Below, piece after piece: positions 1-7,049 of a DNA stretch of 30,667 bases. The position numbers and the translations under genes are program-made. The stretch comes from an uncultured Candidatus Saccharibacteria bacterium (GTDB taxonomy: Bacteria > Patescibacteriota > Minisyncoccia > Minisyncoccales > MHMH01). The stretch covers positions 1 to 30,667 of the forward strand of contig CAZALP010000001.1 in NCBI GenBank assembly GCA_964486395.1, written 5' to 3'. The notes under the pieces were generated by a model. The model saw nothing but the letters and a program-made list of their open reading frames with translations, searched no databases and was not told the origin of the DNA. Each line of letters opens with the position of its first letter. The stretch's first letter is position 1.

Positions 1-1554
1 GAGATTTTGGGCCCGGAAGAAGCAGAATTGGCCCAAGAAATAGAATACACGGTGAAATACAAGAACAACGGCAATATTAAGCTGGAAGACCCACGTTTGG
101 TTTTCGAGCACCCCAAATATTCGATTACCGAAGAAGGGGAATCATTGAGGCAGGAATTGGTGCTGGATGACATTTACCCGGGAGAAGAAAAAACCTTCCA
201 CTTCAAATCCAGATTATTAGGGAAGGAAGGAGAAATAAAAAAGGCCCAGGCGTGGTTGTCATATCGCCCCAAAAATTTAAAGGCCAGATACGAGTCTAAA
301 ACTTCCCATGCCGTTCAGATAAAATCCGTTCCTCTAACCTTGGAATTTGATCTTCCTTCGAAAATAGAATCCGGCAAGGAAATCAGTTTTAGGCTGAATT
401 ATTTTTCCAACGTGAATTATCCTCTTTCCAATTTGGGAATAAAATTAGAGTATCCATCCGATTTTGAATTTAAATCCGCTCGCCCTCAGCCTTTGGAGGA
501 AACAGATTGGGAAATCGGGCTTTTAAACAAAGCCGAGGGCGGCAGAATTGAAATTACTGGCAATATTATGGGTAAGGTAGGCGAGCAGAAAAATTTCAAA
601 GCCCAATTAGGTTCTTGGCAGGACGGGGAGTTTGTTTTTTTGAAAGAAGCGGTTAGGGCCGTTCAAATAGTGACCCCCTCTTTATATATTACCCAGGAAA
701 TCAACAACAATCCCCAGTATATAGCTACTCCGGGGGACGCTTTGCACTACGAAATTTATTTTAAAAACATTGGTGAAGAGTCTTTCAGCAATTTGTTTTT
801 GGTGGTCAAATTAGAAGGAGAACTTTTCGATTTTAATTCTTTAAAAGCGCCTTTAGGGGAATTTGAGACAGGGGACAATTCGATAATTTTTGACTGGCGG
901 CGGGTGCCCAAGCTTCAATTTTTGGACGCTCAAGAGGAGGGAAAGGTGGAGTTTTGGATTGAATTGAAAGATGACTGGCAAATTGCCACAGAAAAAGACA
1001 AAAATCCGGTTTTGCGAAACAAAGTTTATTTAAGCCAAGCCAGGGAAGAATTTGTCACCAAAGTCAATTCCAAATTGGAAATCGTCCAGAAAGGATACTA
1101 CCAAGACGAAATTTTTGGCAATACAGGTCCTTTACCTCCCAGAGTGGGCAATGTGACTACTTATACCATCACTTGGCAGGCTAAAAACTACTATAACGAC
1201 GTTAAAAATGTCAAAGTCAGAGCGGTTTTGGGCAAAAACGCGGAGCTTACTGGAAAAATTTTTCCAGAAGACGCCAGACTGACTTTTGATTCGGTTTCCC
1301 GGGAAGTGGTTTGGAAGATGGAAACTTTGCATGCTGGCGAAGGAATTTTAGGAGGAGCTCCCAATGTTTCTTTTCAGATTTCTTTTTCTCCTTCTGCTTC
1401 TCAAAAGGGAACTACCCCAATTTTGATAAATCAGGCTAAAATTTCCGGAGAAGACCAATTTACGGAAAACTTGGTCGAGAGCACGACCCATCCCATTGAT
1501 ACCACTTTGCCCGACGATAATACAGTTACAGCTTCCGAGGGGGTGATTCAATAA
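1..1554 (+). CDS. Surface/secreted protein with repeated Ig-like (DUF11-like) domains, 5'-partial
   Basis: The frame is open from base 1. Four similar beta-strand openers (EYTVKYKNNG, ISFRLNYFSN, LHYEIYFKNIG, TTYTITWQAKN) suggest tandem Ig-like repeats. Family assignment is by pattern only. Confidence 0.6.
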   Translation, partial: EILGPEEAELAQEIEYTVKYKNNGNIKLEDPRLVFEHPKYSITEEGESLRQELVLDDIYPGEEKTFHFKSRLLGKEGEIKKAQAWLSYRPKNLKARYESKTSHAVQIKSVPLTLEFDLPSKIESGKEISFRLNYFSNVNYPLSNLGIKLEYPSDFEFKSARPQPLEETDWEIGLLNKAEGGRIEITGNIMGKVGEQKNFKAQLGSWQDGEFVFLKEAVRAVQIVTPSLYITQEINNNPQYIATPGDALHYEIYFKNIGEESFSNLFLVVKLEGELFDFNSLKAPLGEFETGDNSIIFDWRRVPKLQFLDAQEEGKVEFWIELKDDWQIATEKDKNPVLRNKVYLSQAREEFVTKVNSKLEIVQKGYYQDEIFGNTGPLPPRVGNVTTYTITWQAKNYYNDVKNVKVRAVLGKNAELTGKIFPEDARLTFDSVSREVVWKMETLHAGEGILGGAPNVSFQISFSPSASQKGTTPILINQAKISGEDQFTENLVESTTHPIDTTLPDDNTVTASEGVIQ

Positions 1555-1569
1555 ATAGATTATTTTTCA

Positions 1570-1640
1570 ACCCGGTAGTGAAAATTTGGCTGCTGCCGGG
1601 CAGCGAATAATTTTAAATTGTCGAATTTCTACTACCGGAT
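1570..1640. repeat. Inverted-repeat-bounded element, copy 1 (ACCCGGTAGTGAAA...AATTTCTACTACCGGAT)
   Basis: Imperfect terminal inverted repeats with an internal GCTGC-cgg-GCAGC hairpin. Both ends recur at 20679-20756. Confidence 0.75.
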
Positions 1641-2963
1641 ATGGAAGATTTAATGCAGAAAATAATATCTTTGTGCAAACGGCGGGGGTTTGTGTATCCC
1701 TCATCTGAGATATACGGAGGATTTGGCTCAGGTTACGACTTCGGACCTTTGGGCGTGGAATTGAAAAACAATATCAAAAGCGCTTGGTGGGAGGAAATGA
1801 GAAAGAGGCATGATAATATCGTGGGTCTGGATTCTGCCATTTTGATGTCGCCCAAAATTTGGGAAGCTTCCGGGCACTTGACCGCCGGCTTTGCCGACGA
1901 GTTGGTGGAATGTAAAAAATGCCACAAACGCTTCCGCTTAGACAAAACGTACAGAGGCCGGGCCTATGTACGCTGTTTTGAGTGTGGAGGGGAGGTCACC
2001 AAGCCTCGTAAGTTCAACCTGATGATGAAGACTTTTGTGGGGCCGGTGGAAGATAAAGCTTCTACTGCCTACCTGAGGGCTGAAACCTGCCAAGGAATTT
2101 ATGTGAATTTTAACAATATTATTAATTCAATGAGGTTGAAGTTGCCTTTCGGAGTGGCTCAAATCGGCAAGGCTTTCCGCAACGAGATTACTCCCGGCAA
2201 CTTCATTTACCGAACTCGGGAATTCGAGCAAATGGAAATGCAGTGGTTTTGTAAGCCCGAGACAGCCCCCCAATTTTTCGAATACTGGAAAAAAGAAAGA
2301 ATGAAATGGTATTTGCAGTTGGGAATTAAAAAGGAAAATTTGAGAGCGAGAGAGGTTTCTCAGAAAGAATTGGCCCACTATGCCAAGAGGGTAGTGGATA
2401 TAGAGTACAAGTTTCCTTTCGGTTGGAAAGAGATTGAAGGAATCCACAACCGAGGAGACTGGGATTTGTCCAATCATTCCAAGCATTCTGGTCAAGACCT
2501 CAAATACGAGGGCTACTATCCGCATATTATTGAGACTTCCGGGGGAGCCGACAGGAGCTTTTTAGCGTTCTTGGTTGACGCTTTTCAAGAAATCAAAGGC
2601 GGGAGAAGCAAGACCACCGAATCTGTCAAGGAGGTGGAAACCGTGCTTAAACTTCACAAAGACTTGGCTCCGATCAAAGTCGCCGTCTTGCCTTTGGTGA
2701 AAAACAAGCCGGAATTAACTAAGAAAGCCAAAGAAGTTCACAAGCTGTTAAAGCCGCATTTTGCGATTCAGTACGACGAGGTGGGTTCTATTGGTCGTCG
2801 CTATCGCCGGCAAGATGAAATCGGTACTCTTTTTGCCGTTACCGTTGACTTTGATACTTTGAAGAAAAAAGACGTTACTTTGCGCGACCGCGACACCATG
2901 AAACAAAAAAGAGTGAAGATTAAGGATTTGGTTAAAATTCTAAAAGAAAAACTAGAGAATTAA
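1641..2963 (+). CDS. glyQS: Glycine--tRNA ligase, alpha2 (homodimeric) type
   Basis: YDFGPLGVELKNN, LRAETCQG, GKAFRNEITPG, RTREFEQMEMQ, IETSGG and the anticodon-binding SIGRRYRRQDEIG motif. Confidence 0.97.
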   Translation: MEDLMQKIISLCKRRGFVYPSSEIYGGFGSGYDFGPLGVELKNNIKSAWWEEMRKRHDNIVGLDSAILMSPKIWEASGHLTAGFADELVECKKCHKRFRLDKTYRGRAYVRCFECGGEVTKPRKFNLMMKTFVGPVEDKASTAYLRAETCQGIYVNFNNIINSMRLKLPFGVAQIGKAFRNEITPGNFIYRTREFEQMEMQWFCKPETAPQFFEYWKKERMKWYLQLGIKKENLRAREVSQKELAHYAKRVVDIEYKFPFGWKEIEGIHNRGDWDLSNHSKHSGQDLKYEGYYPHIIETSGGADRSFLAFLVDAFQEIKGGRSKTTESVKEVETVLKLHKDLAPIKVAVLPLVKNKPELTKKAKEVHKLLKPHFAIQYDEVGSIGRRYRRQDEIGTLFAVTVDFDTLKKKDVTLRDRDTMKQKRVKIKDLVKILKEKLEN

Positions 2964-3023
2964 ATCTAAAACATTCAGAATATAACATTTCTAAATCCCT
3001 TTTATAATTTAATACGGGCTTTT

Positions 3024-3051
3024 TTGTTTTTGGGAGGATTTGGGGTATAAT
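3024..3051 (+). promoter_or_regulatory. Putative sigma70 promoter for the M16 peptidase operon
   Basis: TATAAT at 3046-3051 with TTGTTT 16 bp upstream; ATG at 3064. Confidence 0.4.
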
Positions 3052-3063
3052 TTAGATAGGCAT

Positions 3064-4329
3064 ATGTACAAAAAGACCACGCTCAAGAACGGTTTAAGGA
3101 TAATTACCGTTTCCCAGAAAGGGACGCAGGCGGTGACGGTTTTGGTATTGGTGGGGACGGGTTCCAAGTACGAAACCAAAAAGACTTCGGGTATTTCCCA
3201 TTTTTTGGAACATATGCTGTTCAAAGGAACAAAAAAGCGCCCGGATAAACTGGAAATTGCCGAAACTTTGGATAAGATCGGGGGCATTTACAACGCTTTC
3301 ACGGGAGAAGATTATACCGGATACTTTGCCAAAGTGGCCTCTCAGAAGTTTGATTTGGCTTTGGATTGGGTTTCAGACATTTTCTTAAACAGTCTTCTTC
3401 CAGAGAGAGAAGTCAAAAGAGAAAAGGGAGTGATTATCGAAGAAATAAATATGCAGTATGACAACCCCATGTTGCACGTGGGGATTTTGTGGAACCAGCT
3501 TTTGTACGGAGATCAACCGGCGGGTTGGGACATCGCGGGAACCAAAGAAAGCGTATTGGGAATCAACCGCAAAGACCTTTTTAATTATATGAAAAGGCAG
3601 TATGTTGCCGCCAATACCGTTGTCTGCGTGGCAGGAAAAATAGACAATTCGCTTGCCGTGGAAAAAGTTAAGAAATATTTTTCTGGCATGGGAAACATTC
3701 CCCCGAAAGAAAAGCAAAAGGTCGTTGAGAAACAAAGCTCTCCTCAGTTGCTTTTGTATCCCAAGAAAACCGATCAAACCCATCTTTGCCTGGGAGTGCG
3801 GGGATACAATCTTTTTCATCCTCAAAAATATGTCCAAGATGTGCTGGGGATAATACTGGGGGGCATGATGAGTTCCCGCCTTTTCATAGAAATAAGAGAA
3901 AAGCTGGGCATAGCTTACTATATTAAGACCAACATTGATTCCAATCCCGATACGGGTTCTTTGTCAGCTCAGGCCGGGGTGGACAATAAAAACGTTGAAA
4001 AGGCCATCTCGGTGATTTTAAAAGAATACAAGAAAATTTCTCAAAAAATGGTTCCTTCGGCGGAATTAAAGAAGGCCAAAGACTACATCAAAGGGAAAAT
4101 GGCTTTGATGCTTGAGCCTTCTGATGCCTTGGCTTCCTTTTACGCCACGCAGGACCTTTTGAAAAAAGAAATCTTAACCTTAAAGGAAATTTATGCTAAA
4201 ATTGATAAAGTTTCAGCCAATGATGTTCAAAAAGTGGCCCGAAACATTTTTCGGTCCGATAATTTGAATTTAGCCATGGTGGGTCCTTTCAGAGATAAAA
4301 ATAAATTTAGGAAACTATTGAAACTATAA
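3064..4329 (+). CDS. M16 (pitrilysin/insulinase) family zinc peptidase
   Basis: Inverted zinc motif HFLEH, NAFT, EKGVIIEE and SSRLFIEIREKLGIAY. The start is placed at ATG 3064 (MYKKTTLKNGLR), typical of the family, rather than at 3040. Confidence 0.93.
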   Translation: MYKKTTLKNGLRIITVSQKGTQAVTVLVLVGTGSKYETKKTSGISHFLEHMLFKGTKKRPDKLEIAETLDKIGGIYNAFTGEDYTGYFAKVASQKFDLALDWVSDIFLNSLLPEREVKREKGVIIEEINMQYDNPMLHVGILWNQLLYGDQPAGWDIAGTKESVLGINRKDLFNYMKRQYVAANTVVCVAGKIDNSLAVEKVKKYFSGMGNIPPKEKQKVVEKQSSPQLLLYPKKTDQTHLCLGVRGYNLFHPQKYVQDVLGIILGGMMSSRLFIEIREKLGIAYYIKTNIDSNPDTGSLSAQAGVDNKNVEKAISVILKEYKKISQKMVPSAELKKAKDYIKGKMALMLEPSDALASFYATQDLLKKEILTLKEIYAKIDKVSANDVQKVARNIFRSDNLNLAMVGPFRDKNKFRKLLKL

Positions 4330-4332
4330 TTT

Positions 4333-5367
4333 ATGGAAAATCATAAGATTTTAGATATTTCTTGGGGCACTATTCTTAAAATCGCCGTTGCCTCTTTGGC
4401 TTTTTATATTCTCTTTTTGGTGAGAGATGTTATAATCTGGATTATTTTTGCTTTGATTATTTCGGTATTATTTAGCCCGGCCATTAATTTTTTTCATAAA
4501 AAAGGCATTCCTCGCGGGATAGCGGTAGTTTTGGTTTATATTTTCATTTTTGGAATTTTAGGTGTTTCTATTTGGATGATTGCCCCGGTTTTCGGCAAAG
4601 AGATCAAGAGTTTTTCCGATGACTTCCGCGTCTATTTCGAAGAAATATCCCCCCTCCTGAAAGGCTTAAAAATTGAAGCCTTTGAGAGTTTTGAGAAATT
4701 CACCTTAGCTGTTCAAAACTGGCTGGCTGACGCTTCAACCAATATTTTTACCGCCTTGGGAGCTATTTTCGGCGGGATTTTTGCCGCCATAACTATTTTT
4801 ACCATCGCTCTTTTTATTTCGCTTGAAGATAAAGGAGTAGAGAGAATGGTGGCAATTTTTACTCCCAAAAAATACGAAGCCTTCGTTTTAACTCTTTGGG
4901 AAAAAAGCCAAAGAAAAGTGTCGGGGTGGTTCGGGGCCAGAATTATTTCCAGCATTTTCGTAGGTTTGATGACTTTTGTGGTTTGTTCGGAATACGTTTT
5001 AAAAATAGATTATGCAGTTTCTTTTGCTTTTTTTGCCGGCGTCACCAATTTTATTCCCATTATTGGACCTTTGGCTGCCGGCGTTATCATTGCTTTATTG
5101 ACAGCTTTGGATTCTTGGCTTAAGGCTTTATTTGTTGTCGCAGCTTTTATTATCATTCAACAGATAGAAGGCAACATTTTAACCCCGATCTTGAGCAAGA
5201 GATTTGTGGGTCTTCCCCCGGTCCTGGTATTGATCGCTCTAATTGTGGGAGGAAAGCTCTGGGGAATTATGGGGGCGGTATTGGCCATACCCCTAGCCGG
5301 AATCTTATTTGAATTTCTAAGGGATTTTTTGAAAAAAAGAAAAGAAGAGAAAGCTGTAATCGTATGA
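4333..5367 (+). CDS. AI-2E family (PerM-like) transporter
   Basis: Multi-TM protein with NFIPIIGP, IIQQIEGNILTP and GGKLWGIMGAVLAIP motifs. Confidence 0.9.
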   Translation: MENHKILDISWGTILKIAVASLAFYILFLVRDVIIWIIFALIISVLFSPAINFFHKKGIPRGIAVVLVYIFIFGILGVSIWMIAPVFGKEIKSFSDDFRVYFEEISPLLKGLKIEAFESFEKFTLAVQNWLADASTNIFTALGAIFGGIFAAITIFTIALFISLEDKGVERMVAIFTPKKYEAFVLTLWEKSQRKVSGWFGARIISSIFVGLMTFVVCSEYVLKIDYAVSFAFFAGVTNFIPIIGPLAAGVIIALLTALDSWLKALFVVAAFIIIQQIEGNILTPILSKRFVGLPPVLVLIALIVGGKLWGIMGAVLAIPLAGILFEFLRDFLKKRKEEKAVIV

Positions 5368-6065
5368 GCACTTTATATGTTGTCGGCACTCCCATCGGGA
5401 ACCTTCATGATATTTCAGCAAGAGCCCTCGACGTTCTCAGAAACGTCGATTTAATTTTATGCGAAGACACCAGGGTGACCGCCAGATTGCTGGAACACTA
5501 TCAAATCAAAACCCCCACTTTAAGTTATCACCAGCATTCAAAACTAAAGAAAGTAGAAAACGTAATTCAGTTCCTGAAAGAGGGGAAAGATTTAGCTTTG
5601 GTTTCGGATGCGGGCACTCCGAGCATTTCCGATCCCGGCTCAAAGCTGATTGAGAAAATAATTGAAGAGAAATTGACTTCGGTTAAAATCACATCTGTGC
5701 CCGGCCCTTCAGCTCTTACAACGGCAGCTTCTGTTTCCGGATTTCCCATGGATAAATTTTTGTTTCTCGGTTTCCCGCCTGCAAAAAAGAAGAGAAAGAA
5801 ATTTTTCGAAGAAGCGGCCAACTCAAGATATCCCGTAATTTTCTATGAATCTCCCTATCGGATAATAAAAACTTTAAAAGAATTACAGGAGGCGTTGATT
5901 TATAGCGATCGTCATAAATCAGCAACATTGGTGGTTTGCCGCGAACTAACCAAAAAATTCGAAGCGATTTACCGAGGCAAAGTTGAGGAGGTGATAAAAA
6001 AAATAGAAAGAGATAAAATAAAAGGAGAGTTTGTTATAGTTGTTAGCTCTAAATATGAAAAATAA
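5364..6065 (+). CDS. rsmI: 16S rRNA (cytidine1402-2'-O)-methyltransferase
   Basis: LYVVGTPIGNL, CEDTR, SDAGTPSISDPG, PGPSA, YESPYR and RELTKKFE motifs; ATGA overlap with the upstream gene. Confidence 0.95.
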   Translation: MSTLYVVGTPIGNLHDISARALDVLRNVDLILCEDTRVTARLLEHYQIKTPTLSYHQHSKLKKVENVIQFLKEGKDLALVSDAGTPSISDPGSKLIEKIIEEKLTSVKITSVPGPSALTTAASVSGFPMDKFLFLGFPPAKKKRKKFFEEAANSRYPVIFYESPYRIIKTLKELQEALIYSDRHKSATLVVCRELTKKFEAIYRGKVEEVIKKIERDKIKGEFVIVVSSKYEK

Positions 6066-6098
6066 AAAAAGTGGGCGGTTGTTATACCGCTACCACTT
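6064..6098 (-). terminator. Intrinsic terminator of the DUF3307-like gene
   Basis: On the minus strand, AGTGG(ta)GCGGT...ACCGC-CCACT is followed by a long T run; it sits between convergent genes. Confidence 0.7.
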
Positions 6099-6473
6099 GG
6101 ATATCACTTGAAAGAACAAGGGGACAAGAAATAGAAAATGTAATCCTTGGTCTAAAAATAAAGCCGTGTCTAACTTAAGTAATCTTTGGAAATAGTTTCC
6201 CGAATAACTTCTCTTAAATTTGAAGTTCTTTATTTCGACGTCTACCAATGCGTGTCCCAGAAATAGCCAAAATAGCCAAGCCCAGTTTAGTCTTAAAAAC
6301 CAAAAAATTGGGATAAAAAACACTAAATAAGTCAAGCAATGCCCCCATAACTGCCATCCCGATTTTGTATATCTTATTTCCCATTTTTTCAGCACTTTTT
6401 GCAGTGCTTTTTGCAGAAAATAGTCCCCTAGAAAATGCGCGCTAGTCAGTAATCCTATCGTTAATCCAATCAA
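6090..6473 (-). CDS. DUF3307-like small membrane protein
   Basis: HFLGDYFLQ, HCLTY, HALVD and DQGLH His/Asp motifs in TM helices; TTG start 7 nt after AAGGAGG. Confidence 0.75.
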   Translation of the reverse strand: MIGLTIGLLTSAHFLGDYFLQKALQKVLKKWEIRYTKSGWQLWGHCLTYLVFFIPIFWFLRLNWAWLFWLFLGHALVDVEIKNFKFKRSYSGNYFQRLLKLDTALFLDQGLHFLFLVPLFFQVISKW

Positions 6474-6530
6474 GACATGCCCTCCTTGTCTATTTTGTCG
6501 TTCTAAATGAGCTTACCGCCGAGATTTAAA

Positions 6531-6559
6531 AGCTTAGCAAATTAACTTAAATCTGTCAA
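6531..6559 (-). promoter_or_regulatory. sigma70 promoter of the DUF3307-like gene
   Basis: TTGACA-17 bp-TAAGCT with an extended TG on the minus strand; the -35 overlaps the stop codon of the upstream gene. Confidence 0.65.
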
Positions 6560-7014
6560 CCTCGCAATAGAAAGATAGCCGTTAAGATTATTATTACTTG
6601 GATAATAATTCCTTCCCAGGTAGCCCTTTTTTGAATTTTAGAATTACAAATAAGATTTATGGCGCTATGGAGTCTTTGATGCCAGGCCAATGGTTTGGAG
6701 CGAGGGAAAATAAGATTCAGTAGATGCAAGCCGTCCGGCACAATAGCCAAAAACGCGGCAGCGAAAATTATCGGACTGCCATCAGAAAATAATATAATTA
6801 GCAGCATTCCGAAAAAGATATCCAGGAAAACTTTTAAAAAATCAGAAGACGCCTTGTGCCAGCGCGCTTTTTTGATATTTTCAACTTCGTATTCTGTTTG
6901 GGGCGGAAGATCGAGAAGATAATGGCTTAGAAAAGCTAAGGGGAAAGCAAGAGCAGGATTGGAAATTTTTGAGGCGATAGCCGCTCCGGTTAATAAGTGG
7001 GCAGTTAAAATCAT
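6556..7014 (-). CDS. Membrane-bound metal-dependent hydrolase-like protein (YdjM-like)
   Basis: N-terminal TAHLLTGAAIA, SHYLLD and PD...H pattern in a hydrophobic 152-aa protein. Confidence 0.65.
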   Translation of the reverse strand: MILTAHLLTGAAIASKISNPALAFPLAFLSHYLLDLPPQTEYEVENIKKARWHKASSDFLKVFLDIFFGMLLIILFSDGSPIIFAAAFLAIVPDGLHLLNLIFPRSKPLAWHQRLHSAINLICNSKIQKRATWEGIIIQVIIILTAIFLLRG

Positions 7015-7029
7015 AATTTTAATTTAATG

Positions 7030-7038
7030 TGATATAAT
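7030..7038 (+). promoter_or_regulatory. Extended -10 promoter for metG-tatD
   Basis: TGaTATAAT ending 11 nt before the metG ATG, within a 35-bp divergent intergenic region. Confidence 0.6.
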
Positions 7039-7049
7039 TATTATAACAT

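Noticed and set aside
1294-1307. GTTTCCCGGGAAGT, resembling a Noc-binding or parS-type palindrome; a similar GTTTCTCGGGAAGT lies at 25302-25315 in parA
   Set aside because: Both copies, and a third at about 15320 in glmS, encode V-S-R-E, so shared codons explain them. Neither is a full 16-bp parS.
1555-1640. Possible T-box leader before glyQS (also considered for metG and leuS)
   Set aside because: The leaders are 86, 35 and 11 nt, too short, and no T-box consensus is visible.
3385-3837. Long antisense or alternate-frame ORFs (e.g. 3385-3837, 2127-2525, 18084-18548, 29862-30257)
   Set aside because: They lie fully within well-supported genes, have no recognisable motifs or expression signals, and are expected shadows of coding DNA.
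6470-6487. SD followed by ATG-TCT-TGA, suggesting a frameshifted start of the DUF3307-like gene
   Set aside because: The ATG is only 2 nt from AAGGAGG, while the in-frame TTG is at an optimal 7 nt, so no frameshift is needed.
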